Of a stretch of 64,000 bases of DNA, positions 38,268 through 47,313 are shown piece after piece (position 1 is the stretch's first letter; each line of letters starts with the position of its first letter). The DNA comes from a virus: positions 1-64,000 of IMG/VR virus record IMGVR_UViG_3300007512_000025, one strand, 5' to 3'. Below the pieces are notes generated by a model. The model ran no database searches. It saw only the letters and a list, made by a program, of their open reading frames with translations, and had not been told where the DNA came from. The translations under genes were made by a program, and so were the position numbers.

Positions 38268-38492
38268 ATGAGTAAAGATGAAAAAAGATACCCGAAGGAA
38301 ATGCTTCAGGGTAAAACAAAAGATGAGTTGATTGAACTTGTCGATATGCTTCAAGAGACAGTGGCAATGTTGGACTTTCTTATTGCCGAATACGAGGCGA
38401 TGCAGGAGTCTGTCGGCAGGTCGTTTAAAGATAAGCTGGTGGAGCATTTTAAAAACACTGTCATAGACAACATAGAAACAGGAGAGGCTTAA
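38268..38492 (+). CDS. Hypothetical coiled-coil protein
   Basis: SD AAGGAG. Confidence 0.7.
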   Translation: MSKDEKRYPKEMLQGKTKDELIELVDMLQETVAMLDFLIAEYEAMQESVGRSFKDKLVEHFKNTVIDNIETGEA

Positions 38493-38822
38493 ATGGCTGA
38501 AGATAATGGTAAAGACGGCAGCAACGTGTTTAACTTCGACGCTTTTAAAAAGGCGATGGATGAGTTAAATAAGCAGAAGGCTGCTGCACAAGAAGATAAG
38601 AAGAATCAGGAGACAAAAGCTGCCCCTGATGATTTCGTGAATATCCTTGAGGCATTTGGTGAGTTGTTCAAGCCGCCATCGCAGGAGGAAATTAATAAAG
38701 CAGCGGCACAATTTGCTGACTCGCTGGAGAACGCTGCGAAGGTCATCCGCGCAATGCAGCAGCCCGCCGCTGACGGCACCGAAGATGACGGTGACAACGG
38801 CGATGAAGGCGGTGAAGCATGA
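38493..38822 (+). CDS. Hypothetical protein
   Basis: Tightly packed in operon. Confidence 0.7.
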   Translation: MAEDNGKDGSNVFNFDAFKKAMDELNKQKAAAQEDKKNQETKAAPDDFVNILEAFGELFKPPSQEEINKAAAQFADSLENAAKVIRAMQQPAADGTEDDGDNGDEGGEA

Positions 38823-39301
38823 TGATAGAGTATGTAAGGCTTCGTCCCGATGTTCGACCACCAGAGCGAGCAAACCCTTCAGATGCTGGTCTGGATGTTT
38901 ACTGGTGCCCATCCGATGCCGCCACGATTGCTAAGGTGGTACGAGCGGGAGGAAGTGTTTTGTTGGAAACGGGATTGAAATTTGGTGTGCCTCATGGGTA
39001 CATGCTGGAGGTCAAGAACCGCTCAAGTGTTGCTGCCAAGCGCCACTTACTGGTTGGAGCCTGTGTAGTTGACAGCGGTTACGACGGTGAGGTCTTCGTT
39101 AATCTTCACAATGTTGGAATCGAAACAGAGCATGTTGAACCTTATGAGAAGATTGCCCAGTTGGTTATGACTCCCGTCGTACACTTCCGAGCAGTTGAGA
39201 CAAGGCAGGACAATTTATACGATTGGTATCCTATTACAATGAGTGACCGTGGCGACGGCGCATTGGGTTCGACCAACCAGAATCCACTGGTGGAGGACTG
39301 A
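38819..39301 (+). CDS. dut: Trimeric dUTPase
   Basis: DAGLD, NRSS, VVDSGYDGE, KIAQL, RGDGALGST. Confidence 0.96.
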   Translation: MMIEYVRLRPDVRPPERANPSDAGLDVYWCPSDAATIAKVVRAGGSVLLETGLKFGVPHGYMLEVKNRSSVAAKRHLLVGACVVDSGYDGEVFVNLHNVGIETEHVEPYEKIAQLVMTPVVHFRAVETRQDNLYDWYPITMSDRGDGALGSTNQNPLVED

Positions 39302-39591
39302 TGGGAAGCATGAAGCGAGGCGTTGAACGAAAGAAAGCCCAAAAGAAAGAGAAGCAACTAAAGAAAGAGGTGGCGCAGAAGATGAATATGTTTTCTCGGT
39401 TACCAGAGGCGTGCTTGTCGTGCCTCTCTCCCTTTGACAAAACTAATGGGGAGATGGTCAAGACATGGACGGTGGTTGTGAAAGAGGCACAAAAGAAAGT
39501 AAATTTATATTGCCCAGATTGTTGGCAAACAGCGACAACAGTTGTTAAAGATTTTTATAAGGAAAAAGGGCAAAATGAACAACAGGATTAA
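39301..39591 (+). CDS. Hypothetical Zn-finger protein
   Basis: CxxC...CxxC. Confidence 0.7.
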   Translation: MGSMKRGVERKKAQKKEKQLKKEVAQKMNMFSRLPEACLSCLSPFDKTNGEMVKTWTVVVKEAQKKVNLYCPDCWQTATTVVKDFYKEKGQNEQQD

Positions 39592-40618
39592 AGAGGTACT
39601 TGCATACGACGATGTGCTGTTAGTCCCTCAGTACAGTGATATCGAATCGAGGCGTCAAATTGATGTTGGCGGTACGTTATCAAGCACGCGCCTGCGCCTG
39701 CCTATAATTTCCAGCCCAATGGACACCGTGACAGAGTGGAGCATGTGTCATTCGATGGACAAGGCGGGTGCCATCGGAATCATCCACCGATACAACTCGG
39801 TTGACGAGCAGGTATCGCACGTCTACAAGGCTTTCCAAGCTGGGGCAAAGAACGTCGGCGCCGCTGTGGGTGTCACTGGAGACTATCTGGACAGGGCGAT
39901 TGCGCTCTGCGACGAAGGCGTCCAAGTTATTTGCGTGGATGTGGCTCATGGTCACCATGCTCTTGTCGAGGGTGCAATCAAAAGTTTGCGCGACAGTCTC
40001 GGAGACGATGCCCATATCATGGCTGGCAATGTGGCAACCTTGGCTGGGTTCAACGCTTTGGCTGAGTGGGGTGCAGATTCCGTGAGGTGTAATATAGGCA
40101 GCGGTTCCATCTGTACAACGAGAATTCAGACTGGTCATGGCGTACCGGGCTTGCATACAATTTTTGAATGTGCGGCAAGCGAGTGGGCTGGCGATGTTAA
40201 GATTATCGCGGATGGCGGCGTCAAGAATTCTGGAGATATTGTCAAGGCTCTTGCGGCAGGCGCAGACTTTGTGATGCTTGGCTCGCTTCTTGCAGGAACG
40301 ACAGAAGCACCGGGCGAGTTGATTCAGAATTTTGGTAACAAGCAGGGTAATAGTCGGAAAGTTTATCGAGGTATGGCAAGTGCCGATGCCCAGAACGAAT
40401 GGCGAGGGCACACGTCAAGCTTGGAGGGTGTCGCAACAACTATACCATACAAGGGAAGGGTTGGAGAAATCCTAACCAAGCTGGAAGGTGGAGTCCGAAG
40501 TGGATTGTCATACTCCGGTGCCCGCACAGTTGACGAACTTCACAGGCGAGCAGTCTTCATTCGCCAGACCGATGCGGGCAGAACAGAAAGCGATGCCCAT
40601 GTGATAAGTGTGGGCTAA
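39575..40618 (+). CDS. guaB: IMP dehydrogenase / GMP reductase family (no CBS domains)
   Basis: [46 protein letters not shown]. Confidence 0.9.
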   Translation: MNNRIKEVLAYDDVLLVPQYSDIESRRQIDVGGTLSSTRLRLPIISSPMDTVTEWSMCHSMDKAGAIGIIHRYNSVDEQVSHVYKAFQAGAKNVGAAVGVTGDYLDRAIALCDEGVQVICVDVAHGHHALVEGAIKSLRDSLGDDAHIMAGNVATLAGFNALAEWGADSVRCNIGSGSICTTRIQTGHGVPGLHTIFECAASEWAGDVKIIADGGVKNSGDIVKALAAGADFVMLGSLLAGTTEAPGELIQNFGNKQGNSRKVYRGMASADAQNEWRGHTSSLEGVATTIPYKGRVGEILTKLEGGVRSGLSYSGARTVDELHRRAVFIRQTDAGRTESDAHVISVG

Positions 40619-40944
40619 TGGATTACGGCGGCAATAAAAAGAAGATAGTGTTTTATGACACTGATGACCGACACGTTGCTCTAAAGATAAAGTTGCAGTA
40701 TCATGGCATGACACAAGCAGCATTTTTCAGGGCGGTGGTATCGGGGTTGATTGACGATGATGAATACTTTTCTGACTTTCTACGCTCTCACAAGGAGAGC
40801 AGTGACGTTCAGAGTAAGCGGCAGCGAAATGCGGTAAGCAAGGAAGAAGAAGCCGCAGGGAAAATAAAAAATTCTTTTTCACTAAAGACAGACGAGATTA
40901 GTGATATTTTTGATTTAATTGAGAAGGAGCATCCAGACCTATGA
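40618..40944 (+). CDS. Hypothetical protein, possible ribbon-helix-helix DNA binder
   Basis: KKIVFY strand plus G.TQAAFFR helix. Confidence 0.6.
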   Translation: MDYGGNKKKIVFYDTDDRHVALKIKLQYHGMTQAAFFRAVVSGLIDDDEYFSDFLRSHKESSDVQSKRQRNAVSKEEEAAGKIKNSFSLKTDEISDIFDLIEKEHPDL

Positions 40945-41186
40945 GAGAATGTAGTAAAGCGTGTGAGCGGTGGAACGAGCCATGTCCAAAAGAGAATTCC
41001 GATTGCCGATATTGGATTAACTATGAGGATGACTTAAACTGTACGTTCGTTGCAGTGGAGAAAAACGGACCGATGACTTTGCGGGACGTGGCGAAGCGAG
41101 AAGGCATTTCACATGTGCGTGTAAGTCAAATTGAGGACAAGCTAATGCCCATGATGCGTAGAAAATTTAAGGATTACGCACCATAG
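40941..41186 (+). CDS. Small Cys-rich protein with sigma70 region-4 HTH
   Basis: PMTLRDVAKREGISHVRVSQIEDK; 5 Cys in N-half. Confidence 0.8.
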   Translation: MRECSKACERWNEPCPKENSDCRYWINYEDDLNCTFVAVEKNGPMTLRDVAKREGISHVRVSQIEDKLMPMMRRKFKDYAP

Positions 41187-41230
41187 AGATATAAATTCGC
41201 TTTAGTGTTCGTCCGTTTTGCATACAGCGC

Positions 41231-41238
41231 ACTATTTA
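41231..41238 (+). promoter_or_regulatory. Putative late promoter (ACTATTTA)
   Basis: Recurrent intergenic motif. Confidence 0.6.
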
Positions 41239-41302
41239 ATAAGTGATACACGATACAGCCTTTGAAGCGGCTGAAATTTAAACTGTTTAGGAGATTACAA
41301 AC

Positions 41303-41794
41303 ATGAGTAAAAAGAAGTTGCTTGAAGAGGCACAGGTAAGAAGAATGTTCCAGTTGTCTGGAATTCCCGCAATTGGCGAAAGCTTTATTTCAGATAAGTT
41401 TTCACGTTTTAATGAGGAAGACGAGGAAGAAGCACCCGTCGAAGACCCTTTGGCTGGAGGCGAAGAAGAAGACCCTCTTGCAGCCGACGCTGAGGCTCCT
41501 GTCGATGCCCCTGTCGAAGACCCCGCCGCTGGCGGTGAGATTCCCCAAGACAAGGTGGAAGCTATCGTTGATGCTGTGCTTGCTGGTATCGAACAAGAAA
41601 CTGGTGTTCCTCTTGAGCGCGTTCCCGAAGAAGGAGCAGAGGTTCCTGTCGAAGACCCAATGGCTGGTGGCGAGGAAGAAATTGCTGCCGCAGCAGGGGA
41701 AGAAGAAGACCCCATGGCTATGGAGCGCAGAGTGGTTAATGAAGTAGCACGAAGGGTGGCACGACGGCTCGTTCGTATGTCCCGCAAGAAGTGA
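41303..41794 (+). CDS. Acidic late protein (scaffold/internal-head-like) with PVEDPxAGGE repeats
   Basis: Late motif upstream, terminator downstream; Glu-rich repeats. Confidence 0.7.
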   Translation: MSKKKLLEEAQVRRMFQLSGIPAIGESFISDKFSRFNEEDEEEAPVEDPLAGGEEEDPLAADAEAPVDAPVEDPAAGGEIPQDKVEAIVDAVLAGIEQETGVPLERVPEEGAEVPVEDPMAGGEEEIAAAAGEEEDPMAMERRVVNEVARRVARRLVRMSRKK

Positions 41795-41839
41795 AATATT
41801 CCCCCCGAATGATATGAATATTTAACAACGTGCGATTTC

Positions 41840-41872
41840 AAGAAAGCAGGCACATGTGTCTGCTTTCTTTTT
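41840..41872 (+). terminator. Intrinsic terminator
   Basis: AAGAAAGCAGGCAC/GTGTCTGCTTTCTT inverted repeat plus T-tract. Confidence 0.75.
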
Positions 41873-41903
41873 ATCTACCAACAACGGTAAGAGAGGGAAC
41901 AAC

Positions 41904-42269
41904 ATGACAGATACATTTATTATTGGAGTCACAGCATTTTTTGCTGGCTGGGTGGCTAATGGTGCAATTAGCAGACTATATATTAGTGGAAAGCTAATCA
42001 TGCTTGCCGCAATAGCTGAAAGGAAAAGCCTTACGATGTTAGGTCGCGCACATGAACATTATTACCAGTCATTACACATGCTGAAAACAGCGGGTGAGGC
42101 GACTGAGCGCGATAATGAAATAATTCGTGTCATCAACAGTCTAGAGTTTAGTCACAAGCAGTGGCAAAAGTCTTCTGTACAAGCTATTTACGAGGCACAC
42201 CCCTATAAACAAGGGGTGAAGTGGTATGACTGGCGCACGGCTATGCAAACTTTAGAAAAGAAAAGATAA
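41904..42269 (+). CDS. Hypothetical protein with N-terminal TM
   Basis: SD GAGGG; hydrophobic N-terminus. Confidence 0.65.
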   Translation: MTDTFIIGVTAFFAGWVANGAISRLYISGKLIMLAAIAERKSLTMLGRAHEHYYQSLHMLKTAGEATERDNEIIRVINSLEFSHKQWQKSSVQAIYEAHPYKQGVKWYDWRTAMQTLEKKR

Positions 42270-42286
42270 AAAAGGAGAGTCTACAA

Positions 42287-43477
42287 ATGAAGTTAAAATA
42301 TGATGCACTCAAGAGAATGGTTCTGGAAGAATTAGGAAAAGACACTTCCCTTATAGAATCTCCTGAGATGCTTGCAGAAAAGAGTATCTTAAAAAATAAG
42401 CACCCCTTCAAGGCTATTTTTATCTTTGGACCAGCAGGGGCAGGCAAGTCTTTCTTGTCCAAGCAAATCGGCATTCCAAAGGACTTTGTTGTCTCCAATC
42501 CAGATGAGCGTATTGAAGATGTATTCCCGACCTTCGGAATGAGCATGGACTTCCGTCAAGGCACGTTCGACCGAGGCGCAGAAAAGCAGTCTAGCCCAAT
42601 CGCAAAGGCTCAACAGACAGCCCGTGAAGTTTTACAGAACGCATCCCAAGGTCACACTCACAATATGCTTTCAATTGCAAACCCTATTGTGTTTGATACG
42701 ACTGGCGAGGATGTGGGAAAGATTGTGAAGCGCATGAAGAATCTTATGAAAATCGGCTATGATGTTGCAGTCTTTCAGGTTAATGTGCCTGTCGATGTTT
42801 CCGTTAGCCGCGATGACAACCGAAAGCGAACCGTTGGCGAGCCAACGAAGACAATCTCCGCAGACTATCAGAAGCAGGTTGTCCAAGAGCGTGGATACTT
42901 TAAGGCGCTAGCAGACCAGCCATATGCTACTATGCTTGGTGGGGATATTTATGCAAACTTATATGACCTTCGTGACAACAGCTTGCTTCCCGGTATTACC
43001 GATGAGCATGTCAACGCAATGAAGACGGTGGACGGTAAGCCGTTCACAGCCGAATATGCAGCCAGCTTATTGGCATCGGCACGAAACGACCTTGAAAACT
43101 GGGCAACCGCAGAGCCAAAAAACCCCACAGGTCAGACTATTTTATCTGGGATGAAGGCGTTGGTTAAAGTTTCCGGCGGCAAGCTTGGGCAGAACATGCT
43201 TGATTTTGGCTCCGCTGCTAAAGCTGGCGTTGCCACCGATGACCCAGCCGTTGTGCAGGCGACGAAACTCATTGCAGACATGGGCGGCGTCGAGGTTCCG
43301 CTTGCAGGCTCTCAGCGTGGTCGCAAGCAGCCGGGTGAGAAATTTGGTGTCGATGGCAAGGACGGCAAAGACCCGTCGATTCGCGACTTGGCTCCAGATG
43401 CACCAGTTAACGAACAGAAGCTTGCGGCTAAAATCGAAAGGGCTATCTGGGAGATGATGAAAAACAGTTCATCATAA
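42287..43477 (+). CDS. P-loop kinase (Zeta-toxin/AAA_33-like)
   Basis: IFIFGPAGAGKS, NPD, IVFDTTG, GYDV..F.V.VP..VS..R...R.R.V. Confidence 0.8.
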   Translation: MKLKYDALKRMVLEELGKDTSLIESPEMLAEKSILKNKHPFKAIFIFGPAGAGKSFLSKQIGIPKDFVVSNPDERIEDVFPTFGMSMDFRQGTFDRGAEKQSSPIAKAQQTAREVLQNASQGHTHNMLSIANPIVFDTTGEDVGKIVKRMKNLMKIGYDVAVFQVNVPVDVSVSRDDNRKRTVGEPTKTISADYQKQVVQERGYFKALADQPYATMLGGDIYANLYDLRDNSLLPGITDEHVNAMKTVDGKPFTAEYAASLLASARNDLENWATAEPKNPTGQTILSGMKALVKVSGGKLGQNMLDFGSAAKAGVATDDPAVVQATKLIADMGGVEVPLAGSQRGRKQPGEKFGVDGKDGKDPSIRDLAPDAPVNEQKLAAKIERAIWEMMKNSSS

Positions 43478-43482
43478 AATAT

Positions 43483-43758
43483 ATGTCGGATTTTCGGTTA
43501 GAAGCGATAAGAGAATTTGTTTCTGCTCTTACCAAAGACCCCCGCTGCCTTAAAGAAGAAGACAACATTTTATATTGTGAGAAGCTATTTAAAGTCAGTG
43601 GCATAATGAATAAAATTTATGCCAAGCTTGCAAGCGGAGAGATGAGTATCGGTGAGATGAAGCTATACCTTTCATATATAGATGAGTATTTGAACGATGA
43701 GGCTGATTTAAACTGGGAATTTGAGGGCTTGACAAAACAACCCAGAGGAATTAATTAA
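43483..43758 (+). CDS. Hypothetical protein
   Basis: Fills operon gap. Confidence 0.6.
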   Translation: MSDFRLEAIREFVSALTKDPRCLKEEDNILYCEKLFKVSGIMNKIYAKLASGEMSIGEMKLYLSYIDEYLNDEADLNWEFEGLTKQPRGIN

Positions 43759-43759
43759 A

Positions 43760-44503
43760 ATGCCAAGAAAAAAGAAAACTGAAGAAGTTGAAGAAGTTGA
43801 GAAGGTTGCAGAATCTGCGGAAGCAGAGTCGGAATCCGAAGGAGTCGAGGCTGAAGAAGAAAAAGAAGAATCAAAGAAGTCAATCATTATGTTGCCACCG
43901 CTCTTTGATATGTTAGGTGGAGGGGCTGGGCGTTCGGATGGAAAGATTCGTGTCCTTGGAATGATTGGCGACGTAGATGAGGAAAAGGCGAGCGAGTTAA
44001 TCTATGGTATGCTTTCGCTGAAGGAGACTGGCAAGCGGGAAGAATTTAGTGTACCCGAAGACCCCTCGTCTGATATCGTAACATCCTATGAGCCAATAGA
44101 AATTATCTGCTCAACACACGGTGGTAGCGCAAGCGACATGTTCGGTATCTACGACATGATGAGACACATCAGAGATGATATGGACATTGCAACAACCGGC
44201 GTTGGCAAGGTGATGTCGGCTGGCGTCCTTATTCTTGCGGCAGGCACGAAGGGCAAACGAAGGATTGGAAAGAATTGTCGTGTGATGATTCACTCAGTCG
44301 TTGGTGGAACCCACGGTGCTATGCACAATCTTGAAAACGAGATGGATGAGATTCGATGGATGCAGGAAAGATATATTGAAACGCTGGTTTCCGAGTCCGA
44401 CATGACAAAGGCAATGGTCAAGAAGATGCTGGGTAGAAAAGTTAATATCTATTTAACAGCACAGCAAGCAGTAGAATACGGAATCGCAGACGAGGTATTT
44501 TAA
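43760..44503 (+). CDS. clpP: ClpP-family serine protease subunit
   Basis: STHGGS, GKVMSAG (Ser), GTKGKR, VMIH (His), YLTAQQAVEYGIAD. Confidence 0.92.
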   Translation: MPRKKKTEEVEEVEKVAESAEAESESEGVEAEEEKEESKKSIIMLPPLFDMLGGGAGRSDGKIRVLGMIGDVDEEKASELIYGMLSLKETGKREEFSVPEDPSSDIVTSYEPIEIICSTHGGSASDMFGIYDMMRHIRDDMDIATTGVGKVMSAGVLILAAGTKGKRRIGKNCRVMIHSVVGGTHGAMHNLENEMDEIRWMQERYIETLVSESDMTKAMVKKMLGRKVNIYLTAQQAVEYGIADEVF

Positions 44504-44504
44504 A

Positions 44505-45446
44505 ATGGCTGTTGACAAGGTTTTTTATAACCAAGCATCCGCGACCAAGCTTGACTGGGAGCCATCATGGTTCGGGTGCGAGCATCACGACGAAGACTTG
44601 GTTGAAGCCATTAAAAAGTGGCAGCGACGAAACAAGATTACTGCCGATGGCATGTGTGGTCCTAGCACATATAGGAGAGTCTGGACTGAGCGGCAAGCAG
44701 ACATCCACGACTATGTGCCCAGCCCTTTTGGATATAAAAGCACAAGCCAGTCCTGTGGGAATAAGTTTATTGTTCACAACAGCAAGTTTATTCCTATTGA
44801 ATGGGATAAGGTTGTTTTGTGGGATGAACCAGATGGTTTGAAGGCAGATGCTGGAAACTATTATAATAATGCTGGCAAGGAAGACCGCAAGCCAAACAAC
44901 TTTACTAATCATTGGGACGTTTGCCTGAGTGCAGAGACTTGTGCCAAAGTTTTAAATAAGCGCGGCATTTCGGTTCACTTTTGTATTGACAACGATGGCA
45001 CCATTTACCAGATGCTCGACACTCAACATGGTGCGTGGCACGCTGGTCATTGGTATGGCAACAAGCAGGGCATCGGTGTGGAAATTTCTAACGCCTATTA
45101 CACGAAGTACCAAGGGTGGTACGAAAAGAATTTGGGCGAATCAAGACCAGTCGTTCCGAAGGGTGAGGCAATTGTCCACGGGCGAGGCTTGGACGAGCAT
45201 CTAGATTTCTATCCTGTGCAGATTGAAGCCCTAAAGAAGCTGTGGAAGGCGCTGCATCTCGGGCTTGGTATTCCCTTGGAGTATCCAAAGAACCGCGACG
45301 GCAGTCTCTGCACAACAGTACACTCGGACGTTACGGGTGGCAGATTTGAGGGCTTCCATAATCACTATAATATTACAAAGAACAAAATTGATTGTGCTGG
45401 TTTGCAGCTTGACATACTAATTAAAGAAGTAAAAGAGGAATTATAA
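44505..45446 (+). CDS. Endolysin: peptidoglycan-binding domain plus N-acetylmuramoyl-L-alanine amidase (Amidase_2)
   Basis: WQ....ITADG.CGP.T; SVHFCIDNDGTIYQ, AWHAG, GIGVEI, H......K.DC. Confidence 0.88.
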   Translation: MAVDKVFYNQASATKLDWEPSWFGCEHHDEDLVEAIKKWQRRNKITADGMCGPSTYRRVWTERQADIHDYVPSPFGYKSTSQSCGNKFIVHNSKFIPIEWDKVVLWDEPDGLKADAGNYYNNAGKEDRKPNNFTNHWDVCLSAETCAKVLNKRGISVHFCIDNDGTIYQMLDTQHGAWHAGHWYGNKQGIGVEISNAYYTKYQGWYEKNLGESRPVVPKGEAIVHGRGLDEHLDFYPVQIEALKKLWKALHLGLGIPLEYPKNRDGSLCTTVHSDVTGGRFEGFHNHYNITKNKIDCAGLQLDILIKEVKEEL

Positions 45447-45447
45447 A

Positions 45448-47238
45448 ATGCCCGACTGGAACCTGCTCGTTGAGAATTATTATAAAAAGAATCGCCCTGA
45501 CAAGTGGGGTCAAGACGCTATTGATAAATTGATTCTGGAAATGCTGGGCGAGGAAGAAGAACAGGAAGATAAGAATGAAGACCCTGACTACTCAGCAGCG
45601 ACCGAGCCGGAAACAGTTAAATGGTTTCTTGATTTCTTGCGGAAGAATGGGTATGAAAATGTTGCGATAGAAAAAATGGTTGGAGGTAAAAGTCCAAGAG
45701 TTCGCCTTACAAACTTGGGAACAAAAGCACAGCGAACAAAAATTGCAGACCTTGTTGCAAAGGCGGGAAAAGATGCCGAGCAAATTTCTGCTGGTGGCAT
45801 GGGCGATGAGTATAAAAGAATGAGAATAGGAAATCAGATTTTTGACCTTGTGCAAGGCGGCGGCGGCGCTTCTGCTGAAGGCTCCGATGCTTGCGAGGTA
45901 ATGGACTCAACAGCGTTTGAAGGCAATCTCGTATACGGTCTTCTTTATCTTTCTAGTGGCGAAGATGCTGCAAAATCATATCTGGAACAGGCACGCGCCC
46001 AAGACAAGGGCATCGTTTGTTCGGAAGTTGCACTAAAGGCTGGTATCAGCGCAGCTAAATCGGCTATGCCAAAGATTAAAGAGTATGGCTTAGACCCCAG
46101 TGATTCTAAGCGTGCATCTGGTGGTGAGATTGCAGCCACTCTTACCGAACCCTATGTTGCTCATGGGGCAAAGAGTACCGAAGCGAAAGCTGATATGATT
46201 GTGGGCGGTGTTGGTTGCAGCGTAAAGAAGAAGGAGGCTGCACAGTTTATGTCTGCTCAAGGTCCAGAAATGGCGGCAGTCATGGACGTTGTGATGAATC
46301 AATTGGCTACTCAACAAAAGGCAGATTTGTCTAGCGAGATTGATGAATTCGTCAACAGTTTGCAAAGGGCAATTGGTTCTGAAAAGAAAGCACATGCCAA
46401 GGATGCTGAAAGCGGTGAACTTACTAAAGGTGCAGCTTCATGGTATCAGTCTAAACAACAGTTGGCTACGGCAACGGGGGAATCAGACACGTTGTTCGGA
46501 AAATTAATAACAAAGGCTATAAACATTGATGACCTTGATGATTTGACGCCAGAAGAAAAGCAACAATTAACAATCGCACTTGAGGATACGGGAGCAGAAA
46601 GTTTCATGAATTTGAGAGAATCAGTGAAAGATGTTTTGTTTGACCCCAGCTTCAAGGCTGCGGTGTGTAAAGAGGGGATTACTGGGTTTGGTAAGTTCAA
46701 TGAAGACGAACCCAAGGCGTATTCAATGTTCAAGTGGAGTGCGAAAGACCCAAGCAAGGCTGACTTTACTGTCTTTTATGCAAATGGGAAGTGGGACGAA
46801 GAATGGTTTAGCAAAGTCGCAGCCCGCGCCAAACTGGAAGTGCGCGAACGAGGCAAGGCGACTGCCCGAGGGAGCGGAACCCGCGCAGAGATGGATAAGT
46901 ATGAAGTAGACAAAGACGGCAATAGAATCAAAGAATCGCTGGGGCTTTTGGATGTAGGTTTCTCTTTTTCAGACGAAGATATGAGAGAGATTGAACTTCA
47001 TACCGAAGATATTTATTCTCATTTTATGGAAACCCAATTGTTACAAGAAGGTGCCATTTGGGACGCCATCAAGGGCGCTGCTTCAAAGGCAAAAGATATT
47101 GCCAGCAAGGTGTGGAAAAAAATTGCAGGATTTATTGCAAGGGCTGCAAAATATATTAAAAACCTTTTCCAGAAAGGCTTCTCTTATCTGCTGGAAGCGG
47201 TTGGTCTTGAGGTCACTTCGTTTGAAGTGCAATATTAA
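45448..47238 (+). CDS. Hypothetical protein with possible PD-(D/E)xK-like nuclease core
   Basis: FEG...KADM......SVKK....QFMS spacing; leader LLVENYY; functional call tentative. Confidence 0.6.
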   Translation: MPDWNLLVENYYKKNRPDKWGQDAIDKLILEMLGEEEEQEDKNEDPDYSAATEPETVKWFLDFLRKNGYENVAIEKMVGGKSPRVRLTNLGTKAQRTKIADLVAKAGKDAEQISAGGMGDEYKRMRIGNQIFDLVQGGGGASAEGSDACEVMDSTAFEGNLVYGLLYLSSGEDAAKSYLEQARAQDKGIVCSEVALKAGISAAKSAMPKIKEYGLDPSDSKRASGGEIAATLTEPYVAHGAKSTEAKADMIVGGVGCSVKKKEAAQFMSAQGPEMAAVMDVVMNQLATQQKADLSSEIDEFVNSLQRAIGSEKKAHAKDAESGELTKGAASWYQSKQQLATATGESDTLFGKLITKAINIDDLDDLTPEEKQQLTIALEDTGAESFMNLRESVKDVLFDPSFKAAVCKEGITGFGKFNEDEPKAYSMFKWSAKDPSKADFTVFYANGKWDEEWFSKVAARAKLEVRERGKATARGSGTRAEMDKYEVDKDGNRIKESLGLLDVGFSFSDEDMREIELHTEDIYSHFMETQLLQEGAIWDAIKGAASKAKDIASKVWKKIAGFIARAAKYIKNLFQKGFSYLLEAVGLEVTSFEVQY

Positions 47239-47250
47239 TAAAAAATAAAC

Positions 47251-47279
47251 TTTACAAAGCACAAAAATAGTGTTATATT
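47251..47279 (+). promoter_or_regulatory. Sigma70-like promoter for groEL
   Basis: TTTACA-N17-TATATT with TG. Confidence 0.7.
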
Positions 47280-47313
47280 ATAAACAATAAATCTACATCA
47301 CTCGGAGGATAAA

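Noticed and set aside
42287-43477. Zeta/epsilon toxin-antitoxin pair
   Set aside because: Only the generic P-loop kinase fold is recognisable, and the neighbours do not resemble an antitoxin
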